From Felis catus (lineage: Eukaryota): a stretch of 64,000 nt of DNA. The notes below the pieces were generated by a model that was not told where the DNA came from, did not search any database, and worked only from the letters and a program-made list of their open reading frames with translations. Location of the stretch: assembly GCF_018350175.1 (NCBI RefSeq), contig NC_058373.1, positions 108,998,001 through 109,062,000 of the forward strand, read 5' to 3'. Below are positions 26,692-40,353 of this stretch, one piece after another (the stretch's first letter is position 1; each line of letters opens with the position of its first letter). The position numbers and the translations under genes are program-made.

Positions 26692-28479
26692 TTACTAAGA
26701 CACTGCAACAAATCTGTAGCTGTGGAAAACTACACCCTGCTTGAAATAAGCAAAACTGCTTTGTTTGGTTTGATTTGGTTTGGTTTGATTTAGTTTTCAG
26801 AAGGGATATGAGATGTTCTATGTTAAGAAGGCATGCATTTCTAATGTTGACATGAATTTCTACATGGAAGCTAAGGCTTTGGCTGATGGTAGGAGAGGGG
26901 AACTGAAGAGGAGGAGGGGCTTCTGGGAGAACCAAAGACATACTTTGCTGATTTAACAGTTGTTACTGGGCACAGGTCTGGTCAAGAGGCTGCACAGGTA
27001 GCCAACTGAGCAGACAGAAAGTGGCAAATGGTCTTACTTTTTGGCCTTGAGCAAGCATGTAAGAGTTGTGGTGGTAAGAAATTGTGTGGTCAATAAAGCC
27101 TGCATCTTCAAGTTTCCTAATGGCCTCATTGCTCATCAAGGTGTAAGGAATATTTAGCAAAAGACTGTTTTTGTTGCAACCTAACTTCTTCATCATAAAT
27201 ATTGAGAATATGGATCTGAATAAGAGATATCAGTAACCCTCAACCACAAAAGTGTATAGGTAATTTACCTGATGCAAAATTACAGTGGACAATGGTTTCA
27301 ACCACAAATCAAAGATCAGTGTCACATGGGTGCAGTGTGGTGAGGCCTGCCACTTGGTATTGATTGATCCTCTGAGTCACAGCCCCATACACAGATGATA
27401 AGTACCATCAGTCATACTGGCAAAGAAAGGGCCACAGCACCTCTCTTCCACATTTCAACATGCTGCAACACTGTCATTTAGGATAATTCCATATTTTTAG
27501 CTCTGTGATTCAGCCTGAACTATTTGTAGGCAAATAAGAATTACAAAGTCACATTTTAAAAATGTAGTCTGGTATTTTATCTACTGTACTTATAAATGTT
27601 TTTAACAGTGAATTGCAATCATACTTATTTGAAAATAAAATAATATAGTTTTTACAATAGTCCATAATTCTGAGTCACATTACTAGAGTGCATATATGTG
27701 TGTCTGTCTGTAGCATTCTTAAATTTTCTGGAATAAATTAATCATTTGAAAATACAAAACACAGCTGAAATAATTTTAAGACTTTAAGAGAACTACATGA
27801 ACTTCCCATAAAAATTAATTAATAACAAGACAAGTTTTGCTTTTTTAAAAAAAATTATAAGTATTTTCTCCAGTGTCTTAGAAAGTGTGTTTACATTATC
27901 TATATTCCAACTGTCTCCTGCACAAAATGAAACAGAAATCCTTTACTTTGTTGTGTCTCCCACTGTACTTAGCATTGCCTGCACAGTGTAAGGACCAATA
28001 AACATTTATTGGTTGATGAATTAAAAATAACAGAACATGAAAAGAAGCAGAATGAAAAATGAAACAGAACACTACTAGCTTATCATCCGCCTTTTATTAG
28101 AAAATAAAGATTTAACAACTGTCAAGTGTATAAAAACTTCAAAAGATTCCCATAACTCTCCATTTGTAAGCAATGATGTTACATCTATGAATCATTAGAA
28201 ATGAAACTGTGTACACCCAGGTTCTCTTGTAAAATTTTCCTGGGAAGTCTTGAAAAAAGACGCTCACTATAAAACAATCTCTCAATAACCTGTTCACTTT
28301 TTATAACGCATAGAAACAAATAGACTGATTTCAAATACATTTCTCTTTCCTCTGCTGTCAGATTCAGCCACTTTACCTCATTCTTTTCTTTCCCTTCAGC
28401 ACCAGTTGGTTTTTTTTTTTTCTGATTGTTTTTAAACAACTAGGATAAATAGCCTTGCCTCTGCTTTCTCGCTATCTTT

Positions 28480-28720
28480 TTACCTCTTAACCCTTTGCAG
28501 TCTGTGTTCTGCCATTACTTCTCTACTGAAACTGCTATCTCAAAGGTTCTACTTTCCAAATCTGTTGGTAGTTCCAATGTCTTCTTTCTCTAGGAATGTT
28601 ATGACACTGGAAACCAAGTTGCCATCTGCCTGTGGGCGCTAGCCCGTTGCATTCCTTCTCTTGTCCTTCTTCTTCTGTCTTCGTGCTAGCTCCTCATTTT
28701 CTTCTTGACCCCTAAAGTCG
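28480..28720 (+). mobile_element. L2 fragment
   Basis: ctctactgaaactgctatctcaaagg...ttccaaatc, pyrimidine-rich L2 body. Confidence 0.5.
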
Positions 28721-28744
28721 TTATGGGAATACTTGACAAATAAT

Positions 28745-28950
28745 GATGATGGTCACTATAGTAATGACTAGTGCAAATTCCTTACCACAAGATAGGGACG
28801 GTTATCCAATCATTTTATCTTCATAACAACCCAATGAGGCAGGGGCTAGTGTTGTGCCCATGATAAAACTGAGACACAATGAGCTTAATTAACCTGTTGA
28901 CACCATTAGTAACTGACCAATGAGGATTTGAACCCACAGAGGTTGGTCCC
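28745..28950 (-). mobile_element. MIR
   Basis: tcttcataacaacccaatgaggcagg...aaactgagacac...ggatttgaaccca. Confidence 0.75.
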
Positions 28951-28984
28951 GTGTGTGCATGTGTGTGTGTGTGTGTACACACAC

Positions 28985-29036
<52 letters not shown>
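28951..29036. repeat. (TG)n/(CA)n/(TA)n compound microsatellite at a SINE tail
   Basis: Direct reading. Confidence 0.92.
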
Positions 29037-29037
<1 letters not shown>

Positions 29038-29240
29038 TAACATTTATTTTTGAGAGACAGAGAGAGCGAGAGAGCAAGCATGAATGGGGGGAGGGGCAGA
29101 GAAAGAGAAGGAGACACAGAATCCGAAGCAGGCTCCAGGCTCTGAGCTGTCAGTACAGAGCCCAAAGCGGGGCTCGAACTCTTGGAGGGTGAGATCATGA
29201 CCTGAGCCGAAGTCGTAGGCTTAACCAACTGAGTGGCCCT
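29037..29240 (-). mobile_element. CanSINE
   Basis: catttatttttgagagacagagag...gagatcatgacctgagccgaagtc...aaccaactgag. Confidence 0.95.
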
Positions 29241-29309
29241 GTAAATACCCATAAACCCAGTCTGGAGGATCATTTCTGGCCCCTTTCAAATAATCTCACT
29301 TGTAAAGTG

Positions 29310-29314
29310 TTATT

Positions 29315-29353
<39 letters not shown>

Positions 29354-29452
29354 TTTGATTTTAAGTAGGCTCTATGCCCAGCATGGGGCTTGAACTCACA
29401 ACCCCAAGATTAAGAGTTATATACTCTACCCACTGAGCCAGCCAGTTGCCCC
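29310..29452 (-). mobile_element. Short CanSINE (no CT region) with (TTTA)n tail
   Basis: aagtaggctctatgcccagcatggggcttgaactcacaacccc...ctgagccagccagttgcccc. Confidence 0.9.
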
Positions 29453-29492
29453 ATAAAGTTTTTAATTTAGCTTATCAAAAAATGAACTTTTT

Positions 29493-30344
29493 AAAATTAA
29501 AAATGGAACTACCCTACAACCCAGCAACTGCACTACTAGGTATTTACCCAAAGGATACAAAAATACTGATTCAAAGGGGCACATGCACTATCAGCAAATA
29601 GCCAAATTATTTAAAAAGTTCAAATGTGCATGGACTGATTAATGGATAAAGAAGATGTGGTGTGTGTATATATATATATACATATATATATACATATATA
29701 TATATGTATATATATATATAATGGAATATAACTCAGACATCAAAAAGAATGAAATCTTGCCATTTGCAATGACGTGGATGGAGCTAGAAGTACTGTGCTA
29801 AGCAGAATAAGTTAGAGACATATACCATATGATTTCACTCGTGTGGAATTTAGGAAACAAAAGAGATGAACATAGGGGAAGGGGGGAAAAGGTGGGGGGG
29901 GGCAACCATAAGAGTCTTAATTATAGAGAACAAACTGAGAGTTGCTGGAGGGGAGGTGGGTGGGAGATGGGCTAAATGGGCATTAAGGATAGCAATTGTT
30001 GTGATGAGCACTAGGTATTATATGTAAGTGATGAATCACTAAATTCTACTCTGAAACCAATACTACACTATATGTTAACTAGGATTTAAATGAAAACTTG
30101 GGGGGCGCCTGGGGGCGCAGTCAGTTAAGCGGCCAACTTCAGCCAGGTCACGATCTCGCGGTCCGTGAGTTCGAGCCCCGCGTCGGGCTCTGGGCTGATG
30201 GCTCAGAGCCTGGAACCTGTTTCCAATTCTGTGTCTCCCTCTCTCTCTGCCCCTCCCCCCGTTCATGCTCTGTCTCTCTCTGTCCCAAAAATAAATAAAC
30301 GTTGAAAAACTTGGAAGAAAAATTAAAATAAAAATTAGGTAAGA
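29493..30344 (+). mobile_element. 5'-truncated carnivore L1 (ORF2 end + 3' UTR) with 16 bp TSD; contains a nested SINE
   Basis: gaactaccctacaacccagcaactgcactactaggtatttacccaaaggatac...aaagaatgaaatcttgccatttgcaatgacgtggatggagctaga; TSD aaaaaatgaacttttt at 29477-29492 and 30345-30360. Confidence 0.93.
30101..30305 (+). mobile_element. Young felid SINE nested in the L1 3' terminus
   Basis: CpG-rich cagccaggtcacgatctcgcggtccgtgagttcgagccccgcgtcggg; flanked by aaaacttgg on both sides. Confidence 0.97.
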
Positions 30345-30364
30345 AAAAAATGAACTTTTTTATA

Positions 30365-31085
30365 TTCACACGCATAGTCCTTGACAGTTTCTCTTCCTAA
30401 CTTTGATGTAATAGTGATGCAGTTATTTTACTCACCAAGTCCAAACTCTTTGACTTCAAAGAACCTCTCATCCAAGTCCTGTTTGCTTTTCACCTGTACA
30501 TTCCTATTAAAGTAACTATATACTAATTTTCTTTGCCTCCATTTCTCATTGCCTCTGATTCCCTTTACACATATAGTGAAATTTGTTGTCCCATGACACA
30601 ACTTTAATCATGTCCCTCTCTTGCTTGCACTTTCAGTGGCTCACCATTTTCTTAATAAATTCAGAATGCATTTGTCATTTAGTAAAACCTGTAAGGCCCT
30701 CTTAATTCTAGTCTCTCTAAGCTTTATGTCCTCCTCTCTAATATATGCATGATGTGGTCAAGCCATTCCCCTCAATTCATGCCATTGTTTCCCCTGTGGA
30801 CCTTTGTTTATGCCATATTATCTGTCTGCACTTTCCCCCAATGCTATCCTTCAACACCATATCCATTGGAGTTCTAACCACCCAATTCCAGGGCCGCCTC
30901 TCTTTCTCTTGAGCTTCAAACATACTTTATAGCTCTTTTATAGTAACTATATCATGCCTTAAATAATGGATCATTATTTAAAACTCCCCCACTGAAACTT
31001 GCTAAGAGTATCTTACTGTTGTAGCCCTAGCAGAATCATGCTTAGTGTTTCACAAATAATAGATTTTGAATAAGTATGTTTGAGA
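30365..31085 (+). mobile_element. L2 3' region, degraded
   Basis: atcatgtccctctcttgcttgcactttcagtggctcaccatt...ccctagcagaatcatgcttag...ttttgaataagt. Confidence 0.55.
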
Positions 31086-33241
31086 TTCAGGGATAGATTT
31101 ATGAGGAAATTGGCAAAATTTTATCTGCAGACTAACAGCTAATTTAGTGAAGACCTTTCCTTTAGCACAGCTCTGTAAACCCATTAAGTGAATTAGTTAT
31201 GTGTCTTGCACATTGAAAAAAAAAAGGTAGTTTTTATCAAGTAGTTTCTTAATTGAAGCACTGAGTTATTTCACATACTACTTTGGAATATTAAGTGTAA
31301 AACAGAATCATAAAAATTTTACTAGGAATTTGTGTTGGAAATTATCTCCCAAAATTCGTTCTGCTATTTCTATTTAGCAAAGGCAATCTGGTATACGTAG
31401 CTGGCATATTGTCATCCTGCTAAAACACAACAGGTCTAGTCATTCTTACAACTAAGTAGGATCTATAACTAAGTCTTGGCCCATGAAAGGTAATCATGAG
31501 TGTTTTGTAATATTTCTTGAAGTTTCCTTACAAGTTTGAAGCATTTGTAATGCAGATTAAATGGATGGGGCTCCAGTAGTCATCTATTTAAAAAATAGAA
31601 AACAATGATGTTTAAAGGCACAAAATATTGATTTGTTGTCCACCCCTCAATTTAGAAATAAGAGTATTATGAACATTCCAAGATAAAATTTGATGTGTTG
31701 ATTATTTTGAAGATAATTATCTATAAATGCATAGCTACAAAACAATATAATAGGAGTACACATTTGAAATTAACACAAAGAGTTGCCATTTATCTTGAAG
31801 CTATTTACAAAAGAGAAATAGAACTACCAGAGAGAAGGGTTTTAATAAAGGAGATTTTCAAGTGATATAAAATAATGCCCACTGCAGATTACTATCATAT
31901 TCTTAATAGTATTTCATGTTCAACCTATATTTTCAACTATATTTGGCTTACTAGTACTTATCGAAATTCATCTCTGCAAGAAATACTGTAACTTCAAGTC
32001 CTTTCGTGCATTAGATGTCATCATGTCTTATTCATTATAAATTACCTTGCAATCTAATAGTATTTAAACTGAGACAATTTAGAGTCTTTCAAATTCATTT
32101 GCTTGAGGGGAAAAACCTTTTTAGTAAAATGACCTTCCTTTGAAAACGAAAGAAGGGTCATATTTTTAATTGTTTCAAGAATATGACTATGATAAATCAG
32201 GGGCCTTTATCCAAATGTAATAAGGAAAGATCACCTGTGTTCATTGTATCAAACTCTTTTTTTGTGTGTAATTCTAACTATGGAAGCTGAAAATGCTCCG
32301 TAAAACTTGTTGTCATGACAACAAAATCCCTTAAGAAATGATGCAACTCCACATGTGAAGGAAGCATTCATGACATGATTTAACACAAAGGTGCTTCATC
32401 CACCCACCAAACCCTCGTTTTTCAGCTTTTCTGTTGTTTGCTTATATTTTTTAACACTTAACGAAATTTCCATCCTGCATAGCACTTTAATAAATATGCT
32501 AAAATAGCAGTTATTTTCATCTTTCTCTTACCAACTGTCACCTATAGTAAGAAAAGGGATTACTAAAATTTGTCAAAACTTAGAAGTTATTTAGAAATCT
32601 TTCATGGTCACTCATCTTTTATTTGGTTTGAAAAAGCTCCTTTAAACATTCTCTAATAGATTTCTCTATAAAGGAACCGTTTGATAACTCTGGCCAAGGT
32701 GAATTTACAAAAAAGTATAGATTTGTTGTTTAACAAAATAAGAAAATAACAAGTAAAAAAGTAAAAATAATTTCAAACAAAACATAATTGTTTTTGTTTT
32801 GAAAAATCAACAACCTCAAAACCAGTGCCCAAAAAGAAAACTTTGTGCTATCCGACTTTTTTTTTTAATCTTAGAATCTAGACTCTAAAATGGGAATAAA
32901 ATGATAAGTAATTTCAAAATGTAAAATATAAGTGATACCTTCCAATTTTGGGGAAAAGTAAGAAAAAGAAACTAAGAAAAATTTTGGTTAGTAGCCTTCT
33001 TATCCAGCATGTCATATTACTTTCTTAATTTTCTTCTTAAATAAGAACGTACCATTTACACTGGCTTTTGAGGTCTTTCTCATTGTGCTTGTAAATGATC
33101 TCTTCAGTCTCTTCTTCCACCTGTATTAAAAATTTAATATAGGAGTTTGATAACCTAGATATACCCTTTGATATTCTCAAGTTACACTTCTCATTGTTCC
33201 CCAAAGATGGCCTTAACCACCCAGTGTCTTCTTTCATCTCT

Positions 33242-35330
33242 GTTTTAGCCAGCGCTACAAGGCAAGAAAAGGAATAAAAGGTATATAGATCAGAAAGAAA
33301 GAAGCAAAGCTATCTCTATTTGCAGATGATATTATAGTCTACATAGAAAACCCCAAGAACAATAAAAACCACTCCTAGAACTAGTAAGTTCAGCAAGGTC
33401 ACAGAACACAAGATAAACATACAAAAATAAATTACATTTCTGCATAATAGCAACACACTTGAAGAAACCAAATTAAGAATGTAATACTACTTACAATCAC
33501 TATATATACATATATATCTTCAATAAAACATACCTGTATGCTGAAATCTACAAAATGCTAATTAAGTATATCAAAAAAATATCTCTAAATAAATAGACTA
33601 TAATCATGGATTGGAAGACTCAATATAATAAGGATGTTAATTCTCCCCAAATTTATATACAGGTTTAATGCAATTTCCATCAAAATCTAATGAAATTTCC
33701 TATACATATTGACAAAAGTATTCTAAAATTTATATGGGAAAACAAAGGAACTAGTATAGCTATGAGTAATTTTGGAAAATGAGAATAAGTTGGGAGGAAT
33801 TATTCTACCCAATTTCAAGACTTATTATGTAGCTCCAGTAATCAAGATCATATGGTATTGGTAGAGCAGCAGACACATAAATAAATGGGACACATTAACA
33901 TAGCTAGCTGATTTTTTACAATGATGCCGATGCAATTCAATGGAGGAAGAACACACTTTTCCACAAATAGTTCTGGAACAATTGGCAAAAAAAGTAAATG
34001 TCAACCTAAGTCTCATACCTCCTACAAAAACTAATTCATTGAACTATAGAGTTAAATATAAAACACAAAAATCTAAAACTTCTATCTTTTAGAAGATAGA
34101 AGAAAATCTTAAGAACCTAGAATTTCATGAGGAGTTTTTAGACATGATTCCAAAATCATTATCTTAAAAACAAAACAAAATAAACAAACAAAAAAACCCT
34201 CTAAATTGGACTTAATCACAATTAAATAATTTTGCCTTACAAAAGATCCCATTAAGAGGCTAAAAATACATGTTATGGACTGGGAGAAAATCTTTGAAAC
34301 CCACACATCCGCCAAAGGATGCATATTTAGAGCATATAACTAATTCTTAGAACTCAACATTAAGAAAACAAACAATTCAATAAAATAAATGACAAATACA
34401 TGAAGATACATTTCCTTTAAAATGATATACTGGTGACAAATGAACACATGAAAACATGTTCAACATCACTGGCCATTAGGGAAATGCAAATTAAGCCCAT
34501 CATGAGATATCATTATACACTTATTATATTAGCTCAAGTGAAAACAGTGACAATACCAAATGCTGATAAGGATTCAGAGACACTGGATCTCTCATGCCTT
34601 GCTAGTAGGAATGTCAAATCATACAGTCACTCTGAAAAACATTTGGCAGTTTCTTAAAATATTAAACATATCTTTACTGTATGACTGAATTTCTACTCTT
34701 GATTGTTTATCTCAAACAAATGAAACTGATGTTCCCACAAAAGCCGGGACACAATTGTTCCTAGCCATCTTATCTGTAGTAGCCTACAACTGGAAACAAC
34801 TGAAATGCCCCTCAATGGGAAAACACACTGCAGTAATTCATATCAGGTAACACTCTACCGAAACAAAAGGGGACACGCTATTAACGCACACAGTGACTTG
34901 GATGGATCTCAACGGCATTATGCTGAATGAAAATTGCCAACCTCATAAGGTTTCATACTAGGCGATTTCATTCACAAAACATTTTAAAATAAAATTATAG
35001 GAATGGAAAGCAAAGTAGCGATTGCCAGCAACTGGGGAGAGTCTGGGATGGCAGGGAGGAGGATGTGACTGTAAGGTGGTGGCACAAGGGAGATCTTTGT
35101 AGTGATGGGATGGTTCTGTAATTTGATTGCGGTTTACCCAAAACTACCCAGGAGATAAGATGCCTTAGAAATATAGGCTGTGCGGTGTCAGATTCCTAGT
35201 TTGGACATGGAACTGTAATTAGGTAAGATGCAACCATTAGGGGAAAGTAGGTGAAGGATACACAGGACCTCTGTGTAATACCTTCTAACTGCCTGTGACT
35301 CTATAATCCTTACAAAATAAAAGGTTTAAC
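33242..35330 (+). mobile_element. Old L1M (L1MC/MD-like) ORF2 3' half and 3' UTR, degraded
   Basis: Encodes the RT motif LFADDIIVYIENP at ~33316-33354; also catggattggaagactcaatat, cattagggaaatgcaaattaa and a 3' end ctataatccttacaaaataaaag; many stops and frameshifts. Confidence 0.92.
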
Positions 35331-37309
35331 TTAAAAAATATTAGTATCGGAAAATATTGTTAAAACTTACTCTGCGGTTTAAATTAAAAAGGTATCAAAG
35401 CCTATGCAGCATTTTTCCTGAAAGGGTCGTACTAAAGGATGGTGGGTTTTATTTACTAAAAGACAATAAAAATGGGCAGGGAGGTGTCATCTGCAATACT
35501 TGAGAACTTCTAGAAGAGCGCAGCACTCCAAACAGTCAAAAAATAAACTAGTATATCCCTTTATTTCTGTAGGTTACACCTTTCCAATTTAATTTCTATC
35601 CAATAAAATAACATGGTTTCCATAAACTTCAAATCTCAATCCAATGAATAATAGATTCTGGAAAAAACTTAGACATTATGATAAATTAATACACATACCT
35701 GTACTCAGAAAAATTAATGTGACAGATTTAGAGGATTGTATACATTATTCTAGCAGCCTTTAGTTCCCTCAAACTGGATCAGGGTGTATGTACTCCTGAC
35801 CATTGGCCATATCACTGGGGCTCAGGAGCAGTGCCTTCTGTCGACCTGCTCCTGCTCACAGCTCTATATCCCTGGGAGTGCAAACTGGACCCTATCACTG
35901 ATGCTCCCATTTGGAAGTTTCAGGATGATTCTGTTGACAATCAATCAATATTTTCTCTGCTTCCCCATCCCATTCCTCCCACCTGTATTCAATAATACAA
36001 TATTATCGGTTTAACTCTCTCCCTCCAATGCTGAATTCTAAGCTCCTTTGAAAGTAAGCTCTCCTCCTTCTTTACCTTTGTAACCCTTCCTTGTCTCACA
36101 TAGCCATTTTGTAACAAATCTAGTGTATGTTTGTAAAACAAGACACATTTGAGTAATTGCAAGAGAATTAAAGTGCACAGTTAAGTATTAGTAATTCTGT
36201 ATATGCTATAATGTTGTTAGCACCATTCCAGAATATACAGTGCTGGTTTCTTCATTTCAACCATATTGTACAAAAAGGAATAAATTTAAAGAAACCTGAA
36301 AATACTGCGCTAAAAGATAGTCTATCTGGGAGTGAGCAGGTGAGGTATTTAGATATTCATTCAATATTTCACACAGTTGACACTTAACAATGTTAAGATA
36401 ACATTCAATGTTTGTTTAGTCAACAAATGATTACTGAATATATTCCATACACATGTCTCTCTGCTGAGTCCTGAAGAAATAAGGGTATCCAGGAGATGTG
36501 CCCTTAGCCTTCACAGAATCAGGTCACAGAGTCAATCCAATGGGAATGGGATTTATTTTTGTAAATTGGTGGGAGCCTAGTCTGCACTTTACAAGCACAG
36601 AACAAATATATATAGAAGCAGCACAGTCTGGGGTCTCAGAATTGTGAAGCACTTTTTAATAGGCATTTTTGTCACAGCTTCACTGTGGCTTGAGAGGTAG
36701 CAGGCAAGAGTGAGCCAGAAGACTTAGTTTGGAGCAAGACTGAATCTGTCTAACTGCAAGGTAGTCTGTTCTGCTCAGAATCTTTCAGCTTCTTTCTCAT
36801 TAGGTTAATCTGGAGAAATGAACTTTAGCCAACTAGTCAAAAAAAAAAAAATCTTTCCCTCATAGCTTTCTAGGAATGAGTTTGCAATACAGACCAGTAA
36901 AGGTAAACTGGTAAGTTCGTAAGCTTGTGAACCAAATTGTGACTTTTCTAAACAAGATATTGCTATAGCGCTGTTATATAGCCAATCTCCTATTTCACAG
37001 AACAAGAAGACTCTTTTTATTTTAGTTGAACTGAAAACGAATAAACAACAACCCACAGCAATAAAAAGCACAGGTCTCCAAACATGAGTTTTACAACTTT
37101 GAAAGTGGTTGTCGTCGTGACCAGCAAGTCTAAGAAAAATAAATGTGCAGGCCGCTGAAGAAATTAGTTAATAGAACAACTGATTGACCATTCTTTGTAC
37201 AAAATAAAGGCTTTGACAGAGAAGAGTGTGAAAAATAAACAGGAGTCGGCCCAGACACTAACCTGCTTGGATTGCAAGGACTACATCCTCCCTGGATATA
37301 TGTCCTTAA

Positions 37310-38000
37310 TTTTTTGAGTAGACTTTATTTTTAAGGCAGTTTTATTTTATTTTTTAAAGTGTATTTATTTATTCCACACTGCCAGTGTAGAGCCCCACAT
37401 GGGGCTTGAACTCACAAACCATGAGATCATGACCTGAGCTGAAATCAAGAGTCAGATGCCCAACCTGCTGAGCCACCCAGGTGCCCCTATTTTTAGCGCA
37501 GTTTCAGATTCACATTAAAACTGAGCAGACAGTGCAGAGATTTCCCATTACCCCTGCCCTCCTACACGCATAACCTCCTCCATTGTCAACATCCCTCATC
37601 TGAGTGGCACGTTTATTTCAATTGATAAACCTACATTTACACATTATCACCCAAATTCCATAGCTTACATTAGAGTTTATTCTTGGTGTTGTACTCTCTG
37701 TGGGTGTAGGCAAGTGACACATATCCAACATTATAGTATCACACATAGTAATTTCATTGCCCTAAAAAATTGTCTTAGCTCCACCTTTTCAGCCCTTGCT
37801 CCCCATGAACCCCTGGCTACTGATCTTTTTTCCCTGTCTCCAAAGTTTTGCTTCTTCCAGAATATCATAGAGTAGGTAGCCTTGTCAGTTTGGCTTCTTT
37901 TACTTAATAGCGTGCATCTAAGTTTCCTAAGTCTTTTCTTGGCTGTTAACTCTTTGCTTATTGTTTCACTCAATACTATTCCATTGTCTGGACCATTCCA
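37310..38000 (-). mobile_element. L1MC-like 3' end, interrupted by a SINE
   Basis: tagactttatttttaaggcagttt|cagattcaca...gcagagatttccca...acacattatcacccaaattccatagcttacattag. Confidence 0.85.
37343..37487 (-). mobile_element. CanSINE (internally shortened) with TSD
   Basis: gagatcatgacctgagctgaaatcaagagtc...agccacccaggtgcccc; TSD tattttta(ag/gc)gcagttt. Confidence 0.93.
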
Positions 38001-38424
38001 TCTTTAGTTCTTAAGGTGGTTCACCTTTGACATTTCTGGTAGGTTTAATCTAGAGTGAATTGAAATAAATTTCTTCTGAATGCCTTTTCAAAATCAGCTT
38101 TTGAGGTAAATAAGATCTGTTGCGATTAAAAATCTTTGGCATCAGAATCGATGTCCAGTATCTATTAGCTGCATTTAGAAGATAGTCTAAGTGGCTTCAG
38201 ACACATAAAGCATTAAGGTAGTTTTGTAATTTCAAGTTAATACCTCCCAGAAGTGCTAGTGTCTCTTACCTCCTCTCAGGTAATCTGAACTGAAATATCT
38301 GAACAGGGTATACTCTTATAGATCATCAATCAATTAATTGTCATTTCATGTAACTGGAAAATAGTGGCACCAAAAGGCAAAAGGAAGGTAAGAGATTTGA
38401 ATGTTTTCTTAATGCAATATATTC

Positions 38425-39490
38425 AAATAGACATTTCACCAAAGAAGATGTAGGAAGGCCATTTTACATATGTTTAACTTCATTAGTCTTTAGGGAAGTG
38501 CACATTTAAACCACAAAGAGATACCACTTAGACCCACTAGAATGGCTATAATCAAAAAGACTGGAAATACTAGGCACTGGCAGGATGTAGAGAAACTGGA
38601 CCAGAACATACATTGCTGGCAGGAATGTAAAATGGTACAGTAACTATGGAAACTGTTTGGTATTTTCTTTAAAAAAGTTAAACATACACCTACCACATGG
38701 CCCAGTAATTTCACTCCTGGGCATCTACCCCGAACAAGTGAAAAAGTATATCCACACAAAGACTTGTTTGTAAATGTTTAGAATAGCAGTATTCATAATA
38801 ACCAAAAAAAAAAAAAAAAAAAATGGAACAATCCAAATGTCTATAAACTGGTGAATGGATAAACAAAGTGGGGTATAACTGTGCATTGAAATACTACTCA
38901 GCAATAAAAATGAACTGCTGATACATGCAACAACACGGATTAACCATAAAACATTTTTTTAGGAGCACATGGGTGGCTCATTTGGTTGAGCGCCAACTCT
39001 TGATTTATTCTCAGGTCATGATTTCGTGGCTGGTGGGTTCAAGCCCTGTGTTGGGCTCTGCATTAATAGTGCAGAGTCTACTTGAGATTCTCTCCCTCTC
39101 CCTCTCTCTCTGCCCCTCTCCCACTCACGTGTGCATGCACTTTATCTCTCTCTCTTTCTCTCAAAATAAATAAATAAACTTTAATTAAAATAACATTTTG
39201 TCTGAAAGAAGTTAGGCACAAAAGCTTACATATTATATGATTCCATTTAAATAAAATTTCTAACAAAGACAAATCTATGGAAACAGCAGATCAATGATTG
39301 CCTAGAGTTTGGGTGTTAGTGAGAATGACTGTAAGTGGCCACGAGAAACATTTTGAGGATTCTGGGAATGTTTTATATCTGGATCACAGTGATGATTGTG
39401 CAACTATATAAATTTACTAAACAATCATTGAATTATATACTTATAATGAGTGAAGTTTATGCCATTTAAACTGACCCCAAAAAGTTATTT
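38425..39490 (+). mobile_element. Old L1M ORF2 end / 3' UTR, interrupted by a SINE
   Basis: aatagacatttcaccaaagaagat...cattgctggcaggaatgtaaaatggtaca...tgattccatttaaataaaatttcta. Confidence 0.9.
38961..39187 (+). mobile_element. CanSINE nested in L1M
   Basis: gggtggctcatttggttgagcgcc...ctcaggtcatgat...(CT)n aaaataaataaataaac. Confidence 0.93.
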
Positions 39491-39720
39491 GTAAAGAGGC
39501 AATAAACCTTCTTCAATGAAAGCTTCTCCAATAGATCTGCACCTGGCAGCAATGTTCTAATAGCAGGCAAAACTTATTTGTGAACAAATTGTGAATCACT
39601 AGCAGGGATAAGGGTAGCAAAATTGCCGGAGTCAAATATTTCTAGGAATCACTCATTCCCAAAATTTTCACACATTTTTGCCAATATTTATTCTCCCCCC
39701 CTATAATTTAAAACTATAAT

Positions 39721-39946
39721 GGGGCGCCTGGGTGGCGCAGTCAGTTAAGCGTCCGACTTCAGCCAGGTCACGATCTCGCGGTCTGTGAGTTCGAGCCCCG
39801 CGTCAGGCTCTGGACTGATGGCTCAGAGCCTGGAGCCTGTTTCCGATTCTGTGTCTCCCTCTCTCTCTGCCCCTCCCCCGTTCATGCTCTGTCTCTCTCT
39901 GTCCCCCCAAAAATAAATAAACGTTGAAAAAAAATTTAAAAATAAA
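39721..39946 (+). mobile_element. Young felid SINE (SINEC_Fc)
   Basis: ggggcgcctgggtggcgcagtcagttaagcgtccgacttcagccaggtcacgatctcgcgg...aataaataaacgttgaaaaaaa. Confidence 0.97.
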
Positions 39947-40353
39947 GTTAGGAATTCATCGTTTTTTTTTTTTAATTTACAAATTTCAACAGAAAGAAAC
40001 CACTATAAATATATGAAACTTAAATATAAAATGAAAGATACAAGTATTCTGTGATGGTTATACTGAGCTGAAAATTACAACATTGGACAGAGAATTGCCA
40101 TTTCATCATGGTAGAATATGATTCTTCTCTGTTCAGACAGATGGGTGTAGAGATTATATACAGACTGAAAGGGTTAAAAACCTTGGCCAAGCCACGCTGT
40201 AGCCTCTGTTGTGGCACTTGGAACTATTTTTAGAAATGTTCTCAAGGGTTGCTTTCCAAATATGCCAACTTCTGACCCTATTATAGATCAAATTACTCCT
40301 ATTACGGTTTTTGTAATTTGAAAAGCGCAAGCAGCACACCATATATTCTAAAC

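Noticed and set aside
34433..34657. ORF resembling the L1 ORF2 C-terminus
   Set aside because: Fragment of a degraded L1M with stops and frameshifts on both sides.
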